Source of the DNA: Synechocystis sp. PCC 6803 substr. PCC-P
GTDB lineage: Bacteria > Cyanobacteriota > Cyanobacteriia > Cyanobacteriales > Microcystaceae
NCBI RefSeq assembly: GCF_000284455.1
Contig: NC_017039.1
Span: 840,001-872,000 of the forward strand
DNA length: 32,000 bases
Direction: 5' to 3'
Of the stretch, positions 17,813 to 27,609 are shown one piece after another. Below the pieces are notes generated by a model that saw nothing but the letters and a program-made list of their open reading frames with translations, was not told the DNA's origin and searched no databases. The first letter of the stretch is position 1. The number at the start of each line of letters is the position of its first letter. Made by a program: the position numbers and the translations under genes.

Positions 17813-20800
17813 CTACACTTCTTCTTCTTCCAAATCCTCCTCGGTGTGGAGGGACTCATAGGTGGGACGATTGGGGGCCCGACGCTGGCTGTCGATCATC
17901 AAATCTACTTCTGCATCGGCGCTTTCACCATCTTCGGACAGTTGTACTTTGTGGGCGGCAATGTCCAAACCAAGGGATTGTAGTTCCCGCATCAACACCT
18001 TGAAGGATTCTGGGGTACCGGGCCGGGGAATACTCTTGCCTTTAACAATGGCATTGAGGGCTTCGTTACGACCCTGCATGTCATCGGATTTAACGGTGAG
18101 TAGTTCCTGCAAAATGTAGGCGGCGCCGTAGGCTTCCAGGGCCCACACTTCCATTTCTCCGAACCGCTGTCCCCCCTGTTGGGCTTTACCCCCCAAAGGC
18201 TGTTGGGTAACCAAGGAGTAGGGCCCGGTGGAACGGGCGTGGATTTTATCGTCCACCAAATGCACCAGTTTGAGCATATAAGCTTGCCCAACGGTAATCG
18301 GACGGTCAAAGGGTTCCCCGGTGCGGCCGTCGAACACTTGGATTTTGCCGGGGTGGTTTTCGTTAAATACCCAGTCTTTGTTCGGCCGTTGGGAGGCTTC
18401 TTCCAACAAGCCATGGACCGTATCCCGGGACGCTTCTTCCCCGTACATCTCATCGAAGGGGGTAATTTTGAAGCGCACACCAAGGTTTTCCCCAGCCCAA
18501 CCCAGCAAGCATTCGAACACCTGACCTACGTTCATCCGGGAAGGAACCCCCAGGGGATTAAGGGCAATGTCAATGGGGCGACCATCAGGGAGATAGGGCA
18601 TATCTTCGATGGGCAAAATGCGGGAAATAATCCCTTTATTGCCGTGGCGACCGGCCATTTTGTCTCCCACTTGGATTTTCCGTTTTTGGGCTACGTAAAT
18701 CCGCACCACCATATTGGCACCGGGGGGTAATTCGTCTCCTTTTTCCCGGGTGAACACTCGCACATCCACTACCCGACCTTTTTCACCGTTGGGTACCCGT
18801 AGCGAGTTGTCCCGCACGTCCCGAGCTTTTTCACCGAAAATAGCCCGCAGCAGTTTTTCTTCGGGGGGTTGATCTGCTTCCCCTTTGGGAGTGACTTTAC
18901 CCACCAGGATATCGCCGGATTCCACCCAAGCACCGATGCGGATAATGCCATGTTCATCCAGATTTCGCAGGGCATCTTCCCCGACGTTGGGGATTTCCCT
19001 GGTGATTTCTTCGGGTCCTAGCTTGGTTTGACGGGCTTCAATTTCAAATTTTTCGATGTGGATACTGGTGTAAACATCGTCATAGACTAACCTTTCACTG
19101 ATCAGAATGGCGTCTTCGTAGTTGTAACCCTCCCAGGGCATATAGGCTACGAGAATGTTTTGGCCCAGGGCCAGCTCTCCCCCTTCCGTGGCGGAACCGT
19201 CCGCTAGCACTTGACCAGGCACCACATCTTCCCCGGCATAAACAAGGGGCCGTTGGTTTAAACAGGTATCTTGGTTAGACCGTTGGTATTTTTGGATTGG
19301 GTAAACGATTTCTTCCCCTTTCTCCGCAGGGTTATCGGGGGAGTGGGGCTGCACCCGAATTTCGGTGGCGTCCACATAGGTGACAATGCCATGGGTACGG
19401 GAAACAATTACCATGCCGGAGTCGCGAGCAGCTTGGGCTTCCAAGCCTGTACCGACCAAGGGCCGTTCAGGACGCAACAGGGGCACTGCCTGCCGTTGCA
19501 TGTTGGAGCCCATTAGGGCCCGGTTAGCATCGTCATGCTCCAGGAAGGGGATCATGGAGGTGGCAACGGAAATAATTTGCACCGGGGAAACGGCTACATA
19601 GTCAACTTGTTCTGGGCTGGTGGTGGAAAATTCCTGGCGGTAGCGAATAGGTACCGACTCGCCAATGATGTTGCCCTCTTCGTCTGTGGGAATGTCCCCG
19701 GGGGCCACCCGCATGTCGTCTTCTTCGTCGGCGGTGAGGTAAACGGGGTCTAAATCTTTCCTGACTCGACCACTCTCCACCCGAAAATAGGGGGTTTCAA
19801 TGAAACCGTAATCATTGACCCGGGCACAGGTAGCTAAGGAACCGATCAAACCGGCATTGGGGCCTTCCGGCGTTTCCACTGGGCAAATACGGCCGTGGTG
19901 GGAAGGGTGAATATCCCGCACCGCAAAACCGGCCCGCTCCCGGGTTAGACCCCCAGGGCCGAGGGCAGAAATACGCCGTTTGTGGGTCAACTCCGCCAGG
20001 GGATTGGTTTGGTCCATGAACTGGGACAGTTGGGAGGAACCAAAGAATTCCTTGATGGCCGCCACTAGAGGCTTGGGATTCACCAAGGAAGCAGGGGTAA
20101 GGGCATCGGATTCGCTAACGGTCATGCGTTCCCTAATAATCCGTTCCAGGCGATTTAAGCCAACCCGAATTTGGTTCTGCAATAGTTCTCCAACGGAACG
20201 TACCCGTCGATTGCCCAAGTGGTCGATGTCATCGGTGGTGCCGACGTCAAATTCCAGATTAATCAGATAGTTGATGGCGGCCAGGATGTCTTGGGGGGTA
20301 AGCACCCGGGTGGTGTCCGCTTCATTGAGCCGGAGTTTTTTATTGAGTTTGTATCGTCCCACTCGACCAAGGTCATAGCGTTTGGGGTCGAAGAAGCGGG
20401 ACTCCAATAACTGTTGACCACCACTAACGGTGGGGGGCTCACCGGGGCGAAGTTTTTTGTACAGTTCCACCAAAGCTTCCTCTTCGGTGGGATTGCCTTC
20501 TTTGTCGAGGGTTTTTTGATAAAACTCTGGGTGGCTGAGGGAGTCGAGAATTTCGTTATCGCTCAGACCGATCGCCTTTAGGAGCACTTGAGCCGACAAT
20601 TTACGGGTCTTGTCGATGCGGACATAGACTAGACCATTTTTGTCAGTTTCAAATTTCAGCCAGGCCCCCCGGTTGGGGATCAGGGAAGCGGAATAGGTGC
20701 GGCGACCGTTTTTATCTAATTCTTTTTTGTAGTAAACCCCTGGCGATCGCACAATTTGGTTAACGATGACCCGCTCCGCACCATTGATGATGAAGGTTCC

Positions 20801-21121
20801 CCGCTCTGTCATTAGGGGGAGATCGCCGATGAAGACTTCCTGCTCCTTAATTTCCCCGGTTTCTTTGTTAATCAGACGGGTCGGCACATACATCTGCACC
20901 GAATAACTAGCATCCCGTCGCTTGGATTCATCAACATCATACTTGGGTTGTTTGAGCTTGTAATCTTTGCCCAAAAAGTGGAGTTCCAGCTTGCCTGTGT
21001 AGTCAGAAATCGGCGAAAAACTATTCAATTCCTCGATTAAACCTTCCTCCAAAAACCAGTGGAAACTAGCGTGTTGGATTTCAATTAAATCGGGCAACAT
21101 CGTGGTGGCAAGGTTTGTCAT
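17813..21121 (-). CDS. rpoB: DNA-directed RNA polymerase subunit beta
   Basis: 1102 aa; [67 protein letters not shown]. Confidence 0.98.
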   Translation of the reverse strand: MTNLATTMLPDLIEIQHASFHWFLEEGLIEELNSFSPISDYTGKLELHFLGKDYKLKQPKYDVDESKRRDASYSVQMYVPTRLINKETGEIKEQEVFIGDLPLMTERGTFIINGAERVIVNQIVRSPGVYYKKELDKNGRRTYSASLIPNRGAWLKFETDKNGLVYVRIDKTRKLSAQVLLKAIGLSDNEILDSLSHPEFYQKTLDKEGNPTEEEALVELYKKLRPGEPPTVSGGQQLLESRFFDPKRYDLGRVGRYKLNKKLRLNEADTTRVLTPQDILAAINYLINLEFDVGTTDDIDHLGNRRVRSVGELLQNQIRVGLNRLERIIRERMTVSESDALTPASLVNPKPLVAAIKEFFGSSQLSQFMDQTNPLAELTHKRRISALGPGGLTRERAGFAVRDIHPSHHGRICPVETPEGPNAGLIGSLATCARVNDYGFIETPYFRVESGRVRKDLDPVYLTADEEDDMRVAPGDIPTDEEGNIIGESVPIRYRQEFSTTSPEQVDYVAVSPVQIISVATSMIPFLEHDDANRALMGSNMQRQAVPLLRPERPLVGTGLEAQAARDSGMVIVSRTHGIVTYVDATEIRVQPHSPDNPAEKGEEIVYPIQKYQRSNQDTCLNQRPLVYAGEDVVPGQVLADGSATEGGELALGQNILVAYMPWEGYNYEDAILISERLVYDDVYTSIHIEKFEIEARQTKLGPEEITREIPNVGEDALRNLDEHGIIRIGAWVESGDILVGKVTPKGEADQPPEEKLLRAIFGEKARDVRDNSLRVPNGEKGRVVDVRVFTREKGDELPPGANMVVRIYVAQKRKIQVGDKMAGRHGNKGIISRILPIEDMPYLPDGRPIDIALNPLGVPSRMNVGQVFECLLGWAGENLGVRFKITPFDEMYGEEASRDTVHGLLEEASQRPNKDWVFNENHPGKIQVFDGRTGEPFDRPITVGQAYMLKLVHLVDDKIHARSTGPYSLVTQQPLGGKAQQGGQRFGEMEVWALEAYGAAYILQELLTVKSDDMQGRNEALNAIVKGKSIPRPGTPESFKVLMRELQSLGLDIAAHKVQLSEDGESADAEVDLMIDSQRRAPNRPTYESLHTEEDLEEEEV

Positions 21122-21206
21122 GGTGGCTCAGAAGTCTCCGGAAATTTGCGGTGGTTGGGGTTAGGGAAGGCCGGGGAGAGGTTACCAGGGGGGCGATACC
21201 CCCAGA

Positions 21207-21992
21207 TTAGGCAGGCACCGGTAGTTTAAAAAGGTTGCGGGCATTAGTAGTGGTTTGTTGGGCAAGGGTTTCTAGGGGGACATGGCGCAGGGCAGCGATC
21301 GCCTCGGCCACATGGCGGACAAAGGCTGGTTCATTGCGTTTACCCCGTTGGGGCACTGGCGCCAAAAAGGGACAATCGGTTTCCACCAACAGGCGATCGG
21401 GGGGGACCATCTGGGCACTGGCTTGGATCCCTTCAGCTTTTTTGAAGGTAACTGTGCCGCTAAAACTGATGTAAAACCCCAGGTCCAAAAACCATTGGGT
21501 TTCTTCAGGAGTGCCACCCCAACAGTGCATTACCCCAGCCACGGGCCCCGATTCTGCTTGGAAATCAGTCAATACCTGGCGCATGGTCTGGGCGGCATCC
21601 CGACAATGGATAATCACTGGCTTGTTTAATTCCCTGGCGATCGCCAACTGGGCCCGGAAAACCTCAATTTGATGGTCACGGTTATCGGCTTTGAAAAAAT
21701 CCAAACCCATTTCACCAATGGCTACCACCCGGTCATCCGCCTTGGCATAGGCAAGGATTTGCCCAGCAGTATTGTCTTGCCAATCTTCGGCATCCAAAGG
21801 ATGGAGTCCCACGGCGAAAAATAGTTCAGGAAAACGGTCCGCCAGAGACTGTATTTGATCAAACTCCTGGGGCTTAACGCAGGAATGAACCAGTTGCACC
21901 ACCCCAGCTTGCCGCCAGCGATGCTGTAACTGGTCTAAATCCGCCGCAAAAACATCAAAGTTAATGTGGACATGGGTATCAACTAAATGCAT
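21207..21992 (-). CDS. TatD-family metal-dependent DNase
   Basis: [54 protein letters not shown]. Start placed at ATG 21992 (MHLVDTHVH) rather than 22031. Confidence 0.9.
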
Positions 21993-22127
21993 GGTTCCCC
22001 TAATGCCGTGGGCGATCTCCAAAGTAACCAAAAACCAGAGGTTTTCCCCAGCTAGAATACCAGTTGATCAATACAGTTGACCAAAAATATTGCAACCATT
22101 TGGCCTTCCCAAGGGAAAGGACGGTGC

Positions 22128-22421
22128 CTAGGCAGCAGGCAAGGCGCTTTGGAGGGCTTTGGCTAAGCGAGCCTTTTTGCGGGCCGCATTGTTCTTGTGG
22201 ATTACTTTGCACTTCACCGCCTTATCAATTTTGCTAAAAGCGGCGGCCATACTGGTGTTGATCGTGTCGAGTTTTTCCGGATTGGGGTCACTGGCGTAGG
22301 CCTCCACCGATTGAAAGGTTTTTTTCATCAGGGTTTTGATGGCCGACTTATAGCTTTTGTTTTGGAGTCGGTTGCGTTCAGCAATTTCGATGCGCTTCAG
22401 GGCGGACTTGATATTAGCCAC
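22128..22421 (-). CDS. rpsT: 30S ribosomal protein S20
   Basis: 97 aa; [34 protein letters not shown]...[16 protein letters not shown]. Confidence 0.96.
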   Translation of the reverse strand: MANIKSALKRIEIAERNRLQNKSYKSAIKTLMKKTFQSVEAYASDPNPEKLDTINTSMAAAFSKIDKAVKCKVIHKNNAARKKARLAKALQSALPAA

Positions 22422-22516
22422 GGTTGCTCTCTAGGGTACGTAACTGTAAAAAGGGCGGGTTCATAAAGATCAGAATTGTTATTCTAACAGTTTGGGGACG
22501 CCACGACAATGGTCAC

Positions 22517-25500
22517 CTAACTGTACCAGAGGGGTAGTTCCACTTCAAAGCGACTACCTTGGCCCAACTGGCTGGTTACGGTAATCATACCACCGTGGAG
22601 TTCGGCGCATTTTTTGACAATGGGCAGTCCCAGACCGGTTCCAGGGATAGAACCAACATTGGTGCCCCGGTAAAAACTATCAAACAAGTTGGGAATGTCC
22701 TCAGGGCCAATGCCAATACCATGGTCCTGGACAGAAAAAATGCCAACGTCCCCCCGGCGCTGGAGATGAAATTCCACTGGCTGGCCAGAAGGAGAGTATT
22801 TGATCGCATTGCCGAGGAGATTGGTCAAAATTTGTCTTAATAATTTGGGGTCAAAGGCGACAATTTCTCCGGGGCCGAGGCCATCATAGCTGAATAATAG
22901 GCCATGGTATTCCGTACTGCTCTGGAGTTCATCGGTGATGCCCCGACAAAAGCTGACTAAATCTAGGGGTTGAGGCTCAAACGGTAAATATTTAGTTTCC
23001 GCCCGGTTAATGGTGAGTACATCGTCTAATAGTTCCACCATGTGGTGAACACTTTCCTCGATGCGCTCCAGATGTTGGCCACGTCTTTGGCCATCTAACT
23101 TAGGCCAATATTTTTTCAAAATGCCAGTGGAGGAACTGATAATTGCCAGGGGGGTACGAAATTCATGGGATGTGGTGGAAATAAACCGGGAACGCAATTC
23201 CCCCAATTCCTTTTCCGCTTCCAAAGCGGCCAAAATACGTTTTTCAGCATTTTTTATATGGGTGATGTCGTGGACGATCGCCACTAGATTAGCCGGGTGT
23301 TGGCCGTTGACGCCCTGAAGAAGAAACACAGAAGCAGTGACGGGAATTTCGACGGCAGTTTGGTAGTGTTGCAGGCTAAATTCTCCCTCCCAAGCACCGG
23401 AGCGAAACACCTGGGGAATGATTTCCATTTGCCAAAAATTGAGGTATTCGGGGCTAATATGTTCACTCAGATAGGTGGTTTGGGCGGTTTCCGGATTTTC
23501 CAGGCCAATTAAGGATTGCCCGGCCTGGTTGAGGAAAGTCACCTTTTGCTCTAGGTCGGTGATGACGATTAACTCGGTACTATTTTTGACCACAAAATCC
23601 AGGTTTTGCCGCTCTCTTTCAATTTGCTTTTGTCGGCGTAGGTCGGTGATTACCCCTACTAAGCCGTCTACTTTACCCTGGTCATCCCTCAGGGCGGTGA
23701 TGGAAACATACACCGGCAGGCGATCTCCGGTTTTGGTGATGTAGGTCCATTCCCTTTCGTAAACTCCCCATTGGATGGCGGGAATGGCGAACATATCGAT
23801 GGAATTGGGCCGGATGGTTTGCTGCAACTGTTGGGAAAGCTGGACGGCTTCGCTGGCCATTTCTTCCTGATCGTGGAAAATTAACGGGGTTTGCTGGCCA
23901 ATCAGTTCCGCCGCTGTATAGCCCAAAATTTCCTCCGCAGTGCGATTAAAGGTACTGATAATCCCCCTCCTGTCGGTGGAAATAATCATGTAGTTGGCCA
24001 CATCAAAAATGCCTTTTTGCAGTTGGTTCACTTCCAACAGTTTTTGTTCGGCCCTTTGCCTTTCCGATAACTCCTCCTGCAAACGTTCGTACAGTAATGA
24101 TTGTTGAATGGCGATCGCCAATTGGTTACCAAGGCTTTGCATCAGTTGGATTTCTGCCGTTTGCCAAGTGCGGGAACTGGAGCATTGGTGCACAATCAGC
24201 AGGCCCCAAAGGCTATGGTCAAAAACAATGGGGGCAACTATTCTGGACTGGGATTCCGCCACGGTGAAACATTGCACTGCACAATTGATGGCACAATCCG
24301 GCAATTGGTCACGGGAAGCGTAGATGTAACCGTTGAGGTAACGCTGATAGCACTCCGGCGGAAAGCTTTCAGGACTAAGATCCATCTGCATCACTGAGGG
24401 TTGGCCATTAACCACTGATTCGGCGATCGTGGTGCCCAGACCGTCCTCTTGGATGTGGTGAATTAACACCCGGTCCGCGTGGATAGTGCGGCGTACTTCC
24501 GTCACAGTGGTGCGCAAAATCGTTTCTAGCTTGAGGGACTCCCGAATTCTTTGGCTGATGGAAGATAACAGTTTTTCCTGTTGGGCCTGGTTGCGCAGTG
24601 CCTTTTCCGCTTCTTTTAAATCATCGATGTCCGTACTACTGGCTAGCCAACCATTGATACTGCCAAACCGGTCCTCCAGGGGCAAGACCTGCAACAGGTG
24701 CCAACGGTACTGACCATCACTCCTCCACAGACGACACTCCAACTGGAAGAATTCCTGGGCGGCGATGCCCTGACGCCACTGTCTTTGCACATTTTCCCTT
24801 TCCCCTGGCTCAATAAATTGCTGCCAAGTGTTGCCGAGAATTTTTCGACCCCGGCGACCAAAATAGGCCAATGTCCGTTGATTGCACTCCCACACGTCCC
24901 CAGCGGAGGAAAGTCGCCAAACCAGATTGGGCAATGCCTCTAACAAGCTGCGGTGAATTTGTTCGCTGTCCCGCAGTTTCTTCAATACCCGTTGGCGATC
25001 GGTCACATCCCGCACCGTTACCAAGCGGCAATCTTCCCCCTGCCAATGGATGGGCACAGCCTTAATTTCCCCTATCCCTTCCTCCTCGGGGGAGACATTG
25101 ATGCCAATTTCCGTCTGTCCTCGGTTGGACAACCCCAGTTGGGATTGTAAAAACTCTTCTTTGCTGAGGCCAAACATTTGGCAAGCCATGGGGTTAGCGT
25201 AGATTACCTTGTCATGGTTGTCTAAAATGACAATGCCATCGGCAATGGTATTCACCAAGGTTTGTAATTGTTGCTCCTTGGTATGGAGCGCCGCTTCGGC
25301 TCGTTTGCCATGGCTAACGTCCTGGGCTAAACAGAGGATTTTGCTGGTTTGTCCGCTACCATCAATTTCAAAGGCCGAAATTTCCACCACAAAGTAGTGT
25401 ACTGATTGCCCGCCATCGGTAAATTCAAAGTTAAACTCCTTTTTTTCGTGGGCTTGGAGCGCCGCCAATTCTTCCAGCCCAAAGTACCTTGGGGGAAGCA

Positions 25501-26632
25501 ATAGATCCTGCCGCGGGTCAGTCTCGACCATGGGGTTGGGGATTGGTGCCCCGCCGGAACCGCCTTCTAGCAAACTGCCGGGGATATTGAGATAGACGAT
25601 TTCATTTTTGACCAGATCGTAGAGATAAATCAGGTTTGGATTACGGCTGAGTAACTTTTGAATTAAATGTTGGTTCCGTTGTTGTTGTTGCTGTTGCCAA
25701 ACAATGCGGGCTTCTAAATGCTGGACGATGCGGGGCATTTCCACTTCCCGTTGCAGGGCCTCTAGCAACACATCCGGTTGGACCGTGGCCAGCCATTGTT
25801 GAGGGCCGACCCAACCAACAAAAGCACCACTGATGTTGGTAATGATCACATAATCATCGTTCTGTCGGCGGAGTAATTCCCTGGCGTGGCAATAGGTTTG
25901 GTTAATGGTGCAGAGGGGAAAAGTTGGGCTGAGGTCTGGGCCAATGGGATTATCCAAGCCGAGGGAGCCATAGTTGGGACCCTTAAAATAGTTGCTGAGG
26001 CTGACATTACCCAGGGGAATGCGGGGGGCGGCGGCGGGCAGTAGGGGGGAGGAATAGACCACCGGAAAACTAGAAATTTGGCGCTCAAAACAATGGTGGA
26101 CCAATTCCCCCAAAGTTGTTTCTGTCCCAAGGCAAAGGGGAGGAGAGGCCGTAACCTGGAGGGGAAGATTCTGCCACAATTGACAAAGATTTACTGAGCG
26201 GATGAGATTGCCAATGCTCAGCAGACCCCAGGTTTGGTGTTGTCGATCCGCCACAGGGATTACGTCCCAGCCGTAGCCCCAGGTGGCAAAAATCTGCATA
26301 ACTTCCCCTAAACTAGGCAACTTTTCTAGGTCTAGCCGCAGGGAGCAAGGCAAACACAGTTCCGCCAAGGCGATCGCCGGGGAAAAATGTTCAGTCCACA
26401 GGGCGGCGGCCAATTGCCAATCCGGTAATAAACCCAACAGTTGACCGTCGTTATCTAGCACCAAAGCCCAGGGGGGAAAAGCCTTAGCCTCTGCCGGGGG
26501 CTCCCAGGAACGTTGGCCATGGCGATGCCAGCGGTTAAGGGCCTCTGCCGCACTCAATTCTCCTGGCAAACAAAGACAGGCCCATTGAATGGCGCTGGCG
26601 GTGACTTCCCTGGGAGTGGCGGCAAAAGTCAT
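22517..26632 (-). CDS. plpA: Multidomain sensor histidine kinase: CBS-like repeats, PAS domains, phytochrome-type GAF, HisKA/HATPase; resembles PlpA/Hik3
   Basis: 1371 aa. PAS-like LVNTIADGIVILDNHDKVIYANPMACQMFG and others, GAF RVLIHHIQEDG...APIVFDHSLWGLLIVHQC, H-box SHEFRTPL (H1156), ATPase NLLGNAIKYS / DHGIGI / GTGLGLPIV. The symbol rests on recalled length and phytochrome-like architecture. Confidence 0.8.
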   Translation of the reverse strand: MTFAATPREVTASAIQWACLCLPGELSAAEALNRWHRHGQRSWEPPAEAKAFPPWALVLDNDGQLLGLLPDWQLAAALWTEHFSPAIALAELCLPCSLRLDLEKLPSLGEVMQIFATWGYGWDVIPVADRQHQTWGLLSIGNLIRSVNLCQLWQNLPLQVTASPPLCLGTETTLGELVHHCFERQISSFPVVYSSPLLPAAAPRIPLGNVSLSNYFKGPNYGSLGLDNPIGPDLSPTFPLCTINQTYCHARELLRRQNDDYVIITNISGAFVGWVGPQQWLATVQPDVLLEALQREVEMPRIVQHLEARIVWQQQQQQRNQHLIQKLLSRNPNLIYLYDLVKNEIVYLNIPGSLLEGGSGGAPIPNPMVETDPRQDLLLPPRYFGLEELAALQAHEKKEFNFEFTDGGQSVHYFVVEISAFEIDGSGQTSKILCLAQDVSHGKRAEAALHTKEQQLQTLVNTIADGIVILDNHDKVIYANPMACQMFGLSKEEFLQSQLGLSNRGQTEIGINVSPEEEGIGEIKAVPIHWQGEDCRLVTVRDVTDRQRVLKKLRDSEQIHRSLLEALPNLVWRLSSAGDVWECNQRTLAYFGRRGRKILGNTWQQFIEPGERENVQRQWRQGIAAQEFFQLECRLWRSDGQYRWHLLQVLPLEDRFGSINGWLASSTDIDDLKEAEKALRNQAQQEKLLSSISQRIRESLKLETILRTTVTEVRRTIHADRVLIHHIQEDGLGTTIAESVVNGQPSVMQMDLSPESFPPECYQRYLNGYIYASRDQLPDCAINCAVQCFTVAESQSRIVAPIVFDHSLWGLLIVHQCSSSRTWQTAEIQLMQSLGNQLAIAIQQSLLYERLQEELSERQRAEQKLLEVNQLQKGIFDVANYMIISTDRRGIISTFNRTAEEILGYTAAELIGQQTPLIFHDQEEMASEAVQLSQQLQQTIRPNSIDMFAIPAIQWGVYEREWTYITKTGDRLPVYVSITALRDDQGKVDGLVGVITDLRRQKQIERERQNLDFVVKNSTELIVITDLEQKVTFLNQAGQSLIGLENPETAQTTYLSEHISPEYLNFWQMEIIPQVFRSGAWEGEFSLQHYQTAVEIPVTASVFLLQGVNGQHPANLVAIVHDITHIKNAEKRILAALEAEKELGELRSRFISTTSHEFRTPLAIISSSTGILKKYWPKLDGQRRGQHLERIEESVHHMVELLDDVLTINRAETKYLPFEPQPLDLVSFCRGITDELQSSTEYHGLLFSYDGLGPGEIVAFDPKLLRQILTNLLGNAIKYSPSGQPVEFHLQRRGDVGIFSVQDHGIGIGPEDIPNLFDSFYRGTNVGSIPGTGLGLPIVKKCAELHGGMITVTSQLGQGSRFEVELPLWYS
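24083..24538 (-). other. Phytochrome-like GAF domain within the kinase (about residues 699-850)
   Basis: LETILRTTVTEVRRTIHADRVLIHHI...CAINCAVQCFTVAESQSRIVAPIVFDHSLWGLLIVHQCSSSRTWQTAE. Confidence 0.75.
25733..26575 (-). other. N-terminal region with degenerate tandem CBS-like repeats (about residues 20-300)
   Basis: Recurring pattern of helix then VIPVADRQHQTWGLLSIGNL, TLGELVHHCFERQISSFPVVY, DDYVIITNISGAFVGWVGPQQWL, WALVLDNDGQLLGLLPDWQL. Confidence 0.45.
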
Positions 26633-27609
26633 AGTTCTGGCACAGCTTCTAGGGTAAGTTCATAGCGATATAGGGCAATGGGTTGGTGGCCAGCGGCGAA
26701 ATAATCGGGGTCCGTGGGGGACAAGTATACGGCGGTAACTTGACTGGCGCTGATTTTTCCCGGGCCAACATGGTGATAGTCAGTGGTAGTTTCCACCTGG
26801 TTGAGGTATTGGGTACTGCCAGCAATAAATTGTTGGTTGGTCAGCTCCGTGGCGAGAAAGTGCTCCGGGTCGGGACTCCTTTGGCTGTAACCTAGGACAG
26901 TGGAAACTAGTCGTTGATGTTGGGGAAAAACGGTGACTAGGCGGGGACTGGGTTGTTCTTTAACCTGGACAGTAACATTTATTTCTTCTCCGTCCTTACC
27001 CAAATAAGCCTGGGTGATGGCTTCAGCGTTAAAACGGCGATCGGGCACAATAACTGGTTCATTGTTGACCAAATCCGATAGGGCCCAGTTAAATTCCGGC
27101 AGGGGGGTTTGGTCGATGAATCTGACGGGAAATTCTATTGGTTGCTCCAGATAGGCGGCATTCTTAGCAAAGCCGGGGCTGACGATATCCGGGGCCAGGG
27201 GGGCTAGTTGTTCGACAAGAGTACTGGTGACCTGCCATGTGCCGGCAAACCATTCAGGATAACGAATTTCTCCCTTTCTTTGCTCTAGGGTGGGCAAATT
27301 AGACCACTGGGGATAGGCTTCCCATCGGTCAGGCAGTGATTCGGCCAAAGTGGGAGATCTTGCGATCCCTAGCCAAAGCAAGTTGCACAAAAATAGCACT
27401 GTCAAGCGAACCAAAAATCTAGACAAAAATTTACCAAGACCGTTGTGGAGTGAGGCTTTGGGCCGATCGCCACGGCCACTGATGCCCTTGGATCCGATTA
27501 TAGTCCTTCCCCTAGGAACCAAAACGCTTTTGTAGGGCCAATAGGGCCTGGGATGGTTGTTTGGGTTGTAGTCGGGGGGATTTGCGGGCTTGCATTTGGT
27601 TCCAGGCAA
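26629..27609 (-). CDS. Predicted exported (thylakoid lumen or periplasm) protein of unknown function, DUF6816-like
   Basis: Hydrophobic segment LVRLTVLFLCNLLWLGIARSPTLAES followed by RWEAYPQWSNLPTLEQRKGEIRYPEWFAGTWQVTSTLVEQLAPLAPDIVSPGF. The 5' end overlaps the helicase gene by 98 bp in the track, so the true start is probably downstream. Confidence 0.65.
   Translation of the reverse strand: MPGTKCKPANPPDYNPNNHPRPYWPYKSVLVPRGRTIIGSKGISGRGDRPKASLHNGLGKFLSRFLVRLTVLFLCNLLWLGIARSPTLAESLPDRWEAYPQWSNLPTLEQRKGEIRYPEWFAGTWQVTSTLVEQLAPLAPDIVSPGFAKNAAYLEQPIEFPVRFIDQTPLPEFNWALSDLVNNEPVIVPDRRFNAEAITQAYLGKDGEEINVTVQVKEQPSPRLVTVFPQHQRLVSTVLGYSQRSPDPEHFLATELTNQQFIAGSTQYLNQVETTTDYHHVGPGKISASQVTAVYLSPTDPDYFAAGHQPIALYRYELTLEAVPEL

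Noticed and set aside
18179-18730. 183-aa plus-strand ORF antisense to rpoB
   Set aside because: Lies wholly inside a strongly conserved rpoB coding region, has no recognisable domain; typical GC-related shadow ORF.
13752-21121. Possibility of an unusual phage-like or split polymerase
   Set aside because: RpoB and RpoC2 are normal cyanobacterial subunits with intact conserved motifs; only the gene order is notable.
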